From Ramazzottius varieornatus (Eukaryota; Animalia; Tardigrada): a stretch of DNA of 64,000 nucleotides. Of this stretch, positions 13,360-26,683 are shown in pieces (the first letter of the stretch is position 1; each line of letters opens with the position of its first letter). The stretch is from positions 981,624 to 1,045,623 of the forward strand of contig BDGG01000009.1 of assembly GCA_001949185.1 (NCBI GenBank). The letters are read 5' to 3'. Position numbers and translations under genes: made by a program. The notes under the pieces were generated by a model. The model saw nothing but the letters and a program-made list of their open reading frames with translations. It searched no databases and was not told where the DNA came from.

Positions 13360-16300
13360 ACCTGCATACATCATGCTGGACGTTTAGTGTGGGTTGTCGT
13401 ATGCAGGGGCTTGAGGTGTATATGTTTACCTCGCTTCTTTTGGAGATGTTGTTGTAATGGAGACTCTTCCTGCTTTTACAGCTGAATAGGACGTGATACT
13501 AAGAGGAAGAAACATGGCAGCCAAAAGAGGTGGGCGTGGTCGTCCGCGAAAGTCTTCCCGATCGGCAACGGGGTTCGCAACAACCCGGAAGAAAAAGTTC
13601 TCGCCCACTAAAGAGAAGTCACCTGGGTCCTCTACTACCGAAGGTCCTTCAGCCTTTGAAGCCTTATGCCAAGTGACCAGTGCCGAGTACGAAAGGCTTA
13701 GCAGTAGCCGCGTCCACGCTCAGCAATGTGATAACCAAAGTGATGCCTCGTCCAAGTCGACGGAAGAGAACCGTCTGGTGTACAGCACGCCCTTGTCCAG
13801 TCCCTCCGATGTGGCTCTGCCGGCCTGGTACGGGGCTGCCCAAGTAGCCCCCAAGCCTTTCAAGAATGAGCTGATCCTGCCGCCCAAGAAGAAAAAGTAC
13901 CTCCATTACCTGATCGAAGCCGATGACGAGAACCAAATCATCAACGACCCCTTTCAACCACAGACGACGGAAGTCAGCCGTCCGTGGACCTCGAGTCTCG
14001 GAGGTGGCCAGACACCTTTCTCCTCCTCCTCCACTTCAGCAACGGTAAATGCCGCCGCCGTGCTGTCGACTACAGCCTCGGCGGTGGTTCCTGAGGTACG
14101 TGAGAAGGTTTGTTGGTTCAGTGCTTAACTGCATTCTTAATCGTATTGATTTTATCCATCGTGATGATGCGGCAGCTGACACATCCTCTTTCAAGTCACT
14201 CACCCGAACCAATTTCGAATACAAATATTCGCACTACTTCAACTGGAGTCTGAAATATTTACAAAAGTTTCCTAATTCATCTTCAAAAATTCAATGCCGA
14301 AATGAATTTCATATACCTTAAGAAATAGTACTACATAGTGTTACACCGGCAAATAAAATTCGCCCGATCGGTTTATCAGGCGGCGCACCTTGTCATTGCT
14401 ATTGTCTGGGTGCGTGCGCCGTTCAAAAAACGATCTGGCTGAATTCATCGTTTTTCCAAGTGGCGTACCCTCTCAGCCGTTCACAATGAAAGCATGCGCC
14501 ACGCGATAAGACGGTTTGACCGAAATTATTTACGGACGCTTCATATGAGGCCAAGTACCGACAGGTTTCTGACGTTGTCTGTTTTGTAGTTGTCGCATCC
14601 TTCCACAAGTCACTCGCCCGAGCAATTAGCCCCCTTAAGATTCAACCCGACTCCTTCAGCGCCCACGGTCACACCAGGTCCCGACGGGAAGACCTTCTCC
14701 GACGTCCTGGATGAACACATTTCCAGACTGATCACTCAGAATGACGTGATCATGGCAAAACAGCCCGCAGTGGCCATGAGCAAGCGAGGTAGATCCAGGG
14801 ACTCTGCCACCGAAGTCGAGACAGCTCCCAGACCACAAGCAGCACACCCGCACAACGAAAGCATGGTCAAGACTCTTCTTTCTTCCAAGCTAACCAGAAA
14901 GTCCATGCTGGCTGCAGCTACTAAAGAAAGCCAGTCTGTTCGACCGCAGGTGAGAATTCTGATTACTTTTACGCTTTGTTACCCATGTGACACTCATTTC
15001 ACAAGAACCTGCATACTTTCTCACCATGTCAAGTATGACTCGGGTGTATGCGGGCCGTTGAAAAGCATGAATGGTTCACCGCCCTGCACCCACCTGCATA
15101 CATGCCTGCTGTAGTACATATACGGGTCGCTGTATGCAAGTGACTGAAATCATGCATCATTGTTTTTGGTGACATTTGACATTCATGTTTTCTTCTCATT
15201 GACAGCCGTCATTCAGTTACCTGAACCCAGAGAAGTCTGCCATCAAAGATCTACTGATCAAGACATACGAAGACAAGGGTATGGTGGGCTCGGCTGTAGC
15301 CGTGTCAGGAGCTCAAGTTACCGAAGGCTACACTGCTAAAGACACTCACGATTTCCGCAGTCAGCGATACTTCACTTCGCCAAGCGATGCTATGACTGGT
15401 AAAACCTGTCTGTCGAGTGGCATAGTCTACCAGATATCCTCCGATCATCACACCGGAGCACTCGTAATGCCCGACTCGCGTGTTGCTGACATGAACAATT
15501 ACAACAGTGCGGGATGGATCGTCTCGCCTAACAATGAGTGGGTCTCCATTGACGAGCGTGGACGCAAAAGAGTTCGACCTGAAGTCACCGTCTACCCCGA
15601 AACTGCATCCTACCAAGGTATAATATCCTGCAGAACCCGGTTTGGCTAATCTCAGTGCCAGACAGATCAATACACAGTCAGTCAGTAATTAAATCAAAAT
15701 AACGGAGAATATCAGATCTTTTTCCCAAGTGACGCAGTAACGCTGGAAGAGTGCGCCACTTTAGCAAACAATGAAACCGCACTCGTTTTTCCAAGTGGTG
15801 CATTCTTCTAACCAATTTCAAATGAAATATGCGCCACAAAGGAAAAACATCTTCTTGGTTCGATGTCGAAACACGCGAAATGTTATTTTAAAATTTATGT
15901 TTTTGATTTCTGCTTTCTAGGAATTGCGCCAAGTCCAGCACGGTCACTTCGCTCGCCGTCCATCGACTCTGCGATTTCGTCCGAGTCCTGTCCTTCCTCG
16001 GCCGGCATGTGTGACTCGCGGCGAGTCATTCAGACAAGTGGCACGTTCCAGCCTTTCCGTAACATTGGAGACCTACTCGAGACCAAGATGCCTCCACCGC
16101 CGAATAGTTATGCCCAGTTGAGCACGGTCCGAACAGCCGGCACCTTCCTGCCTGGCTCGAACGGCACAGTAAAGAAGCCAAAAGGTGTGGACGAAGTCGA
16201 GAATGTCAGCTCGGAAAGTCACGAAAAGACCCTCAGCGCCTTACGTGGACACTTGACAGGTCGACGGTTCGCGGAAGACCTCGACGTGACACAGGTGGCT

Positions 16301-17954
16301 CCGGTAACGGAAAATTCCATGCTACCTCCCAAGAAACGCAAAGGGGCATTCCAACTTCTTCCGGTAAGCGTGATCATTCTTCAAACTAAATTTCTCGAAT
16401 CCAACATACAGTATGATTAGCCGGCAAAAAAGTCATTGCACTTACCTGCATACATACTTGTCATGATGGAAGTAGGCATCAGTGTATGCAGGTGGACAGG
16501 CACAACTTAGTACGCACCTGCATACATACCGCAGTGTAGGTGGGGATTGGTATACGCAGGTTAACGAGGATGAACGATCTCGTTTGCCGACCCTCCAAAT
16601 ATACAAAGAAATTATGAAAGAAGCTGGTAGATTAGATTCTCGTCTTTTCCAGGTTGTGCCGAGCGAAACAGCGGATAACGAGAACACGGCGCCGCTGATA
16701 GAGCCAATCAGTCCGCCGCCGGAAGACGAGCCTCCGCAAAGCACTTCCGCAAGGTCTCTGCAGTCCTCCTCCCAAGAATCAGCCTTTTCCGGCTACGCCA
16801 ATTACGTCAACGGCACGCATCCCAGTCATTTAAACTTCTACTCTGATTTATCGCGTCAGTATTCCACGAACGTGGCCTTCGCACAAACGCTCCTCCAGCA
16901 GGGACACTACTACCCCAGCTTCCGGTACTCCTGTGTGACCACCAGCTCAACGCGAGCTGGTCGTCCTATGCATGTGCCAAATGGCGAGCAGGTAATATTG
17001 AGAGTTTTCAGTTCGCTTAAATTTCTTTCTCATCAATTTCAGTGCGAAATTCCACGAAGAAAAATCTATCAGCTACCTGCATACTTCTTTCTGTGATGTA
17101 TGTACCGCCTAATGTATATGGGCACGTGAAGGACGAATTCTGTCAGCCATTAGAGTACTTTTCTCTGTGATAACTGCTCAGCTTTGTGTATGCAGGTATC
17201 TGAAAGATGAATGATCATCGAATATTCTTCTGTATTTTGGGTTTTCTCACAGGTTTCCATGTACGCTAACTGGAGCCCGATGCCATCGATAGTTAACCCG
17301 AACATTCACGTAGATTCTTCCATCTACGGGAAGAAAAAGTCGGAAGGGTTGTACTACTCTTCGGCGGTCAGGAAATCAGCCACTGTCGGCGCGACGAGTG
17401 TGGAGACGTACACGAGGAAGAGGCAGTTGATCCTCAATGGCATGAATTCCTTCCTGCCCAGTGAAGCTAGCAAGCTGTGCATGCCCGAAGTCTCGGTGAT
17501 GAATAGAGATCCCTACGGTGAGATCGGGTCGAAAGTGAATGCGAACGAGCCTTCGACGTCGACCTCTGCAAGGAGTAGAGTGCAGTATGGAGGAGAAGGG
17601 AAGAATGAGCACGCTAGTGAGGAAGAAAGCATGGAAGAATCGCTGTGTAGTGACTGCGGCAAGCGCTTTGCCAAACCTAAACAGCGATGGCCCGACAAGG
17701 AAAGCAAGTACACGTGCGCGCACTGCCTCACCACCGGACGATCCCGATGTAAGAACCAGTAAAAAATGAATAAATGTGGAATTTTTTTATGAAGCGGACC
17801 GACTGACGACGGAATCAGGCTACTACCATACGCTAGTATCATGCCAAACGTATGGCTTAGTGTATGGAGGAGGAAAAACGCCTGACGTAAGGTCAGAATC
17901 AAGCACCTGCATACATTGGTATCATACTGGACATATGGTCCGGTGTATGCAGGT
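13360..17954. repeat. Family B hairpin repeats, ACCTGCATAC-N29/30-GTATGCAGGT. Units at 13360-13408, 15007-15055, 15092-15141, 16444-16493, 16516-16561, 17075-17197 (two degenerate units), 17822-17871, 17905-17954
   Basis: Ten-bp inverted arms read directly. Spacers are 29-30 nt in most units. They occur just upstream of the first schnurri coding exon and in schnurri introns 2, 4, 5 and 6. Confidence 0.85.
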
Positions 17955-19216
17955 GATGTAATCTGTCCACCGGCCCTCCTCTATCGTTTCACGTTGGTAG
18001 TTTGCCAGTTTTATCAAGTATATTCTATGCTTCAGGTGAAACGATGCCGAAGCAGTCAAGACCTTCAGCTTCCCGACGCTTCTCCGAAGCGACCAAGAGA
18101 CTGTCCGAGACAAACGGCCATCACGCACCGACTCCGTCAGCTGGCCCGATCGAGAAGCCCCTCATCACACAACTCAAGCAGAAGATTGCCGAACACCAGC
18201 AGCATCACAGCGAGGTGCCTTACGAAGGCAGTTACACCCAGCAGAAGCCTACAGTTGATCGTTCGGACCATGACATCATGGACCTGTCGGTGCGCAAAGC
18301 CCCCATTGTTGAAGGGACCTCCGACTGGCTTCGTAGTGTCGACGGAGCGTCGAACCGTTTTCCCTGCCTCCACTGTGGAAAGATCTTCAGCAGGGAAAGT
18401 CAGCTGTATCTGCATAGTAGGGTGCACGAGATGGAGACACCGACCAAGAGTGACAAGAAGAAAGCCAAAGCTGATCGGGCAGTCTCTCCCTCCGGCTCAA
18501 GTGGCAATATGGCAGCCACCAGTGACAACCCCAGACCCTTCTTCTGTGCCGAATGTAACGTTGGCTTTCGCATCCACGGTAAAAACTAGGGAAAACGTGG
18601 TTCAATAGTGAAGTAAAATTATTGCAGAAACTAAACGGTAGCTCGGCAAGATGGTTTTACTAATTGGCAAACGTTTGCCATACAATTTGGCGCAAGTTTT
18701 CACTGTTGTGGGCTGAACGCATGCGCCACTTGAAAAATGATCTTTGAGTGTTCTTCCAAGTGGCGCATATTGCCAGTATTATTGGCTAGAAGAGTGGGCC
18801 ACTGGGATGAACAACCTTGTGGAAATTTGTTTGTCAAGCTCCCGTACGGTTTAATATCGATCAAAGCGAAAGGTAATTCGATTGAAAAGGAAAATTGTGT
18901 GGCAGACGTTTGCTGATATCGTTTTCTGGTTGCAGGTCATCTGCAGAAACATTTGCGGAGTAAGGGCCACATTACTCAGCTAGAATGCCTGAATCGTCTA
19001 CCGTGCGGGTTTTACGCTGAGTTAGAGCGTCAAAACATGATTACCAAACTGCATACGATGATTGATACGGCGGACTGTTCCAAGGCATTCACTTGCTTGT
19101 CGCAGCTCGCCAAGACAGTCAACGTTGGTGTGCAGGTTGCTGCTCCGCAGTCACCGCCGTCCGCTCCTGCTGCACCAGCTGTGATGACACCGTCGCCACA
19201 AATAAACGGTGCCTAA
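13514..19216 (+). CDS. shn: Schnurri/HIVEP-family zinc-finger transcription factor, reduced form (~1151 aa). Exons 13514-14095, 14590-14949, 15206-15617, 15921-16363, 16653-16991, 17253-17748, 18036-18578, 18936-19216
   Basis: Eight ORF segments join through GT-AG sites with consistent phases (3456 nt). The C-terminal NPRPFFCAECNVGFRIHG|HLQKHLRSKGHITQLECLNRLPCGFYAELER matches the Schnurri terminal finger. Other Shn-like motifs: CLHCGKIFSRESQLYLHSRVHEME, SAIKDLLIK, RPMHVP..SMYANW, MDLS (CtBP-type). An N-terminal RGRPRK AT-hook is present. Confidence 0.88.
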
Positions 19217-22200
19217 ATGATGATGTTTTTTGCTGATAATTTTTTCTCTGCGGGCTTTCCACTTTGTTGCGCGCGCCTCTTTATGCGGGGATCTGTATTC
19301 TTTTTGCCTCTTAACTCTTTGTCCTGTTGCATTCGTCCGGAAAGATGTAGCCTTTTTCTACATGCTATCTTACGCCTTCTTTTACCTTATATTAGAATGA
19401 ATAACGTTTGTAGATTTGTGGTATGACGCTCAATTGGGTCTCAGCTTGGTTTATCTCGTACAACCCTGTCCCAGCCAACTTGCTACCACCTCGAACTTCG
19501 ACGTCGAAAAACTCAGATTACTGTTTTTCTTCTGCTTAGTCCGCACTGTTCGTACAACTTTTTGGGCTCTACCGAATGAGCCGCAATTCGATACGAAACA
19601 GCAAGAAACAGCCTTGAACATTCGAATGATATGACTTCCGGTGGGGAAGACATGTCGCCGTGACTAAAACGCAGTCTACAGAATTCTGCGCTTGAGTTGC
19701 GATCCGCGATCTGATGTAGATAGACCTACAGCTATTTGAAAAGTCTGGAAAGATCGAAAAAGGCCATACGAACACCGAACTGGCTCGGCAAATGAATTAA
19801 AACTGGTAAATTTGGCCATTTTGCCGGGAAAACGGTTTTATGCCGAAAACTCTAGCTATGGTTCTGAACGGCAGATTCACGTTTCCGACCGCTTCTTGGG
19901 TAGTTCAGATCCAGTTCTGATCATTATCAACAACAAAACTCCAGGAGCTCAGTCACACACCGAAAAAATAATTTTTGAAAATGATGGTGAAAACTCCGAA
20001 AGTTGTGAGTTTTTTCACCTCGCCCCTTTTCCACTTTCGCGTCGATTCCGACTTCCTGTGACCAGATTTCCGGCCAATTGTTTTTGTGAGATAGCAAATA
20101 GGATAGTGAACCAAGGAAATACAGTATGGAAGTTGGACAACAATCGAGTCGAGAACAACTCAATATTATGAGTGGTAGCAAGTTGGCTGGGATAGGGTGT
20201 ATATTTGCCACCTTTTGTGCATTAGACGTCAAGTCTGTTGTTTTATTCCTTTTTCTTGTTATCCATTAGTTGTAAATACAGCATGTCTGCCTGTTGATCA
20301 TGCGACCCGAAAGAAAAAGGAGCCCGCTTTCACTAGGTATGGTCTTCCAAACGATCAGTTCAAATCATGGAAGGTCGGCAAGCAAGCTGGGTAGGATCCT
20401 TTTCACAGTGGCGCACGCCTTCAGCCAGTAACACCGGATACGTGCCCCACTTGGAAAACACAAATTCGACCAGTTTGCTTTCCGAAGCGGCGCATGTTTC
20501 CAGTTCTGTCAGCTGGGATAGTGCGCCATTTGAAGAACCGATTTGGTCGAGTTTGTTTGCGGGGCTCTCATAGTCTCGTCCGAGTCTCCATTACAGCCAA
20601 CGAAGGGTTGCTTATTATGCAAATGATGAGTCCATTACAGTGAGTTTGGTCACATGTGTTTGATTACGGCGTTTGTTGGTGCAAAAGCCATTCCACACAG
20701 GAAATGAACGTCTGGCTGAAGAGCGCAAGATGTCTGGCGACGCTTCCGGAGTGGCCGACCATGCCTCTGTAGACATGCCGGAAATTGACCCTCACTTGCT
20801 TTCCCTGAAGCGTCCACATTGGCACTACATAGTTCTCAGTGCCCGTCAACAAGAATGTTCAGAATTTGCCAAAAGCAAAAGCGGCGCACTGTGCCATCTT
20901 GTCAAGTGTAAAAATGCGCCACTGCGAGGATAAAACGAGCTTTCCCTGGTATAGTCGTACGAAGCCGCAGCGACAGAACCGCTGACAAAGCGCGAGTTTT
21001 CTTGTCGGGTTTTGAGGGTTGATTAAAGGGACAAGACGAACCTGGTGGAGCGCTCCGAGGCCGGCACGACTAACACATTTAAACCCTTGTTTTGATTTCT
21101 GGAGGGAAGTTTCATCGTTTCGTAATTACTTCCAGCGGAGTAGTGATACTGCATGGTCGGTTCTATTTGATACATCGAGTTATTGGATAGGTCGTCGAAT
21201 GGGATGTGTTGTCAACAGTTTTTATTGGCAGAAAATTCCCCTTTGGGGAAATGGTATTGAGGCCGTCTCTGTCCACTGGTCAACCGCACCATACAGACGA
21301 CGAACAAGACCGCATATTGTAAGCCGGATAATTTTCCGCCCTCTTCACTCCTCACTGCCACTGTAACGAAGTCTGGAGTCTGGATATGTGAGGCGGGAAG
21401 CCTGCAGCATGGATCGACTGACCCGAAGGTTATTATGGTCTTTTGCAAGTCAAATTGGATCATCAGGCGGGGTATTGCCAACAATAAAAGAATGAAATTG
21501 TCCTCTCGCTTCTATCCTGTAGACCAGAATTCGATATACATACTCCTGCAAGGCGGAACAAGGAAGCGACGACCTGGATGGACCAGGTTTTACAGTATAT
21601 AGTCTTAATTGAATGAGTAAACAGGACGAGATTAAGGGAAGAATTGTTGAAATCATGGTATCAATGACAAACGGTAAGGACAGATGCTACCTCTCGATAA
21701 TTCATTGGCTACTTCACATGTTTGCTGAGGCATAATGTATGAAGTAATCAAGCCTTCGTCTAGCCACCATTTTACGCCCTTCACTATAGACACCGATGAA
21801 TGCTGTTCGGTTGACGATATTCGATGAATTCGATCTCGAGGAATCTTCCTGGTCCCCACACACTGGCTTCAGCGCATTGCGAAGCCGCCTTTCCGGTGTG
21901 TGATGCGTCACAATGGCCAGTTACGAGACGGTAATTGCCAGCCGGCTTTCGTTAGCGCATCCGGCAGACATGGATCCAGAAGTCTGCGGACGACTAAACT
22001 AAAACACATACCCGCTTAACAACACTTCCTCAATCGACGTAAGGAGCTCAGTGGGCCTCGTGGTCTAAACAGCACGGTATGGTGCTAACGAGGTATGCTC
22101 TCCGCAGGAGGTGGCTGTTCAACTTCCGGCTGGTCAACCGCAACCTGGTCTTCGCGCTCTACGCACGTTAGACTTTTCTACAAAATCTCTTGGGCTTTAC

Positions 22201-22838
22201 TTGAATTCGAAAGCAAGTTGTGTAAGTTGACTGATGAGGACTTATTAGTGTCGACAGGGCGACGTCATTTCCTACGCATTCCAAAGGACCTTTTCTCACG
22301 GAGTTCACCGCCGGGTTATTACGCAACACAGTTCGTTCGTTTACATTTTCTTGAAAGATAATTCATGAATGACAGTTATGGTCTAAAGAAAAGACGGCGT
22401 CGATTGTAAATGTATGGCGTGCGCGGGAAAGCGGATGCCATCAGTTGAATAAAGTCATCTTGCGGTGCGCCAATCATCTGAAATGAAGGCTCGCTCCGTC
22501 AAGCACATATTTCCATCTGGAAGCCGATCGGAACTAGCTGAACTTAACGTTTCAAGTCAGCGAGCTGCACAGCAATGCATGGCTAAACCATCGATCTGTT
22601 GTGTCAGCCATCGCCAGACGAGCATAGAAGATGTTGGATTTACGGCTTAACTCGTCTCTGTCCGTGTTGGCACACTTTTGCCCTGTCTGTACAACTCGAA
22701 AGATGACCAGTCAACAATAAGCTCTTTTCCCACTGTCAATGGGCTATACATATTTCCAAAATATTTAGATGCTGCCAGCTTTTGGTTCTCCACAGTTTTT
22801 CTAACCTTATTACTATATATTTTCAGTAAGTATGATTT

Positions 22839-22958
22839 GGGAGCTCGACAAATAAACTCCGCCAGATCGCTCTGCCAAGTGGCGCACGCTTCCAGCTAAT
22901 ATTACTTATAAATTGCGCCACTTGGGAAAGCGATTTGGTTGAGTTTGTTTGGCGAGCT
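22839..22958. repeat. Family A monomer
   Basis: GGGAGCTCGACAAATAAACTC...AAGTGGCGCA-27 nt-TGCGCCACTTGGG...GAGTTTGTTTGGCGAGCT. Confidence 0.9.
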
Positions 22959-25900
22959 GTGATTTCTTTCCTCCCAACAATTATTTTGCCCAGATTTCCA
23001 GTAGGAAGCCCCGTTAGACGTTTGCACAGTAGATTCAGGAGTATCACGTAAAAGAAACTGGGTGGTTCTTGAACAAGGAAGAAGAAAGGTGCGGTTCGCC
23101 GATGTTTTAGTGGATGGGTGGGTGTTTTCCATTATCCGGGACTTATGTAAACGAGAGTCGTTGCTGAGTCGGGATTGTCGGTATTTGTCACATTTGTGAG
23201 GCGGCGAAAAAACACTTTTGGAATTGAGATTAATTATTGATATCGATCAACCATCGATCATTCATGCCTTCAAGTGCTTTTCCTTACGTCTGGATCCCGG
23301 CTGCTCACTAGTACGTACTCCGAACAGCTCACAGCAGCAAGCCGCAAACGAACCACCAGCATATAAACAAGCTGGCTGGGCAAGACACTTCCTAAATCCT
23401 TCAGTTTTCCCACCAATCGAAACAGCTTCCTGGCAGGCAGTTTACTCGGAAGACTAAAACTGACCACTTTGCCAATAATGGTTTCGCACTCGCCGAATTC
23501 TATAATTTCGGAGGCCAATAAACGAAACGTACATGATTGCCATCTCAAGTGGTGCACTTTGTGACTGACACTGGCTGGATGCGTGCGCCACTCATTTTCG
23601 ATAAGGCGCCGGTCCAGGTGGGCAGGACTTGCTTCACTATTGGTCAGCAGTGACGTCACCACGATACAGCATGGTTAAGTGGACCAGGTACTTCGTCGCA
23701 GTACTCTTCAGGTAGCCAGCTAAATTTAATCTGCAACTTGGTCGAAGGAATGTTCCGTCGACTGCACCTAAATTTACCATTGCGGAAAGTCGCTGACCAT
23801 TACAGCCATCATCTTGATTAGACTAATTTGAATTTAAACTGGTAATTATACTGCAGTCGGACCTTACTATGCAAAATTCGTCAAGAAGTGCCCATCAAAG
23901 CTGATTTTACGAGGTCAATCAACCTTTGTTACAGTAGTGAATCATTGGTGGTGTAAACTTGACGCCTTCCTTGGCACTACTTGTACGAGCCAAGGAGGTG
24001 GAGCGAGTGGCTGAAGCAGGCGGAAGTGAAGACATCCCGTCGATTTTCCGACGATCCCGTACGCCATCATTCGCGCACTCGTACCGTACAACGTCGTTAG
24101 CGATGAAGCAGGAAAATATGCAGCCTGTGGGAATTGCAGCTAGCTCCCTTGGATGATCACTCAGGACTCTCGCTCACATCCTGGTGGAATACTGATAGAT
24201 CACCCTCCAAGAGTCCCAGCGCTCTTGATAAGCCTTGACGACTCCTTACCACATCTTGTCGAGCTGCACCATCATTTCTCTTGATCACTCTTCTAATCAA
24301 CGCCCGATCCCATTTCTCGCAAAACGTCCACCGCCGCTGTTCTTCCCACACCGCGCATTCATCCTCTTCAGCGGCCCATCTCACTGATCCCATCATTTTC
24401 ATTACTTCCCCTCGACAGATCGTTCTTGAGGTAAGACCGGCAGTTTTTGAGCTATTTATTTATTTAATTTAAGTATGTGATTATCTCCGTCGAACCAGAT
24501 TGAGTTCGCTGTTATGGAAAGTGGGAGTTCGGTGAACAAACTCGACCACCACATTTTCTCAAGCGGCGCATGTTTCTGAAGATATTGAGTGGAAACGTGC
24601 GCCACTTGGGAAAAACCATCTGGTCCGGTTTGGTTGTCTTGTTAAGTGGCGCACATCTACAGTGGTAATAGCTTGGAGGGTGCACCGGTTGACCAAACTA
24701 TCTGGTCAAATTTGGCGGGCTCCCAAATAGTGTACTTAAGAGTTTTAACAGTCCGATGAAAAAAGCCTCCCGGAGAGAGCGATGATGGGGATAGTTGGGA
24801 GGGAGAGTGGGAGATACTTAAGCGCCGGAAGGAAATGCAGAAGTTCGTGCTTGATTCCTTTGTGTGTTTTTCGGCATGTGAATCATTAGGGCTAACGAGC
24901 TCTTATACCCATCAGGAGATTCTTCCATGGAGTCCCGAAGTGTGCGGCCTCAGTGTTTCACGTAATGGCGTGTCGTACCGCGCCGTAAGTTCTAGCGGGA
25001 GAAGTTTTGACTAGTGTCGATGACAATGTCGGCTATGTTTGCTAACATGGAAGCGAACCTCACTGGAGTGGTTTTCTACTGTTGATTTTAGAGGTGCCGT
25101 ATATCGTTTCTCCTATAAGTACTCGATAACAAGTTGCGTGATACTTCCTTCTTTGGAGCAGCTGTTGGCGGACCTTACTGCGCTGTGTCAAGCTACTTTC
25201 CTGTATCGTATTTCAAACTAAACTTGCCGGCTTGTCTGCATGTTTTTATGTAATGAGAGTCTCTTGTTAAGGTACCCCACTTTTCCGGAAAAGTAAAAAA
25301 AAACGTTTAAAAAAAATTTCTAGAAACACTGTTACAAAAATATTTAAAAGTAGTGGATATTTAAGGAGTTTGCAGAACAAATAACTTCTCTCAGATAGTC
25401 CTTGGACACTGAATATTAAATTTTGAAATGAGGTTAAAAGTTTGCGGAAATTAATTGCCTATATTTTGGAGGTTCACGCCAGCCATTCAATCAAATTCCA
25501 TCATCTTGAAGGCTTGAGGCAAGCGAGTCAATTGCTGTGGTTGCGTTCGTATATGCACGAACCATGTGTGCTTTTGCGATTGTTTAGGAAAAGAGGGTGG
25601 AAAATATTGATTATTTTCCCAAGCTACCAAGCGCGTTGAATGACCCAATAAGAGAAGCATGGAGAGAACAACCTACTACTGTATATTGCATATGAACAGA
25701 GAGACTAAAGAAATGGAAAAATCTAATAAAAATGCACAAAATGAGGGACATCGCCATTCAACTTCCCCAACGGTGAAGAGTGTCCTTTTGTCGGGCGCGG
25801 TTGTGCATGCCTTCACATGGGAGGAAGCGGACCGTAGTATTTTTCTCCACTTGAGCAGTGATTCTTCTTCCTTTCACACGAATTATGGTATACTTTGATA

Positions 25901-26683
25901 ACTGTGTATGTCGGGTTTGTAAAGCGGCAATTTCTGTGACACTGGGCAATTATTTTGGCTAGTCAGGATTTAAGTACACTTCGATGTTTTATGTCACTAT
26001 ATGTCTTCACATGTTTTCGCTCACAGAAAAACACAACACTATACCGTGAGGCACTTCGCGGCGAACAGCGACCTTTTCCGTGAGGATTTCATATTTATGG
26101 TGTGTCTTTTATTACGTCGCAATGAAAATCTGCAGACACGCATGGCTGATATATTCCACGTCTAGCGTAGCTCATCGATCGTTAACAAGTTTGATTAATG
26201 GGTCGCATGCGACGTCTTCCGAGACATGCCATGGCTTCGGCCTGCCAGAGATTTCTCTTCCTCATACCGCAGAAAATCGGTCCATCAAACAAAATAACGA
26301 TGTAAAATCCTCATAGCGTTTTTCGACACAAAACCGATAAAACTGACGTTCAGTACCAATTTCATAGTCAGTTTGCTCAACAGAGCCCACCGATTCGATC
26401 AAGCCAGATGTTCCTTTACACTCGAGAAAAAAACTGATCCTCAGATAAAAGTGGCGCACGTCACCGTTGTTGGTGGCTGGAGGATGCGCCACTTGGGAAT
26501 GATCTTATCGAGTTTGATTATTTTCCGAAAAGGTGCACGTTGTCAGTGTTATCGGCTGGACGACTGCGTCACTTGATAAAACTGAATTCAACTACCGACG
26601 ACCCATATAGCGAGAGTCTTTAGTGGTTTGTCCGTAGAGGAGTATGTAACGGAATATGGATGCATGTTTGTGACCGGCGCCGG

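Noticed and set aside
25267-25500. AT-rich segment starting TTAAGGTACCCC (Kolobok/piggyBac-like end)
   Set aside because: No matching opposite terminus or TSD was found.
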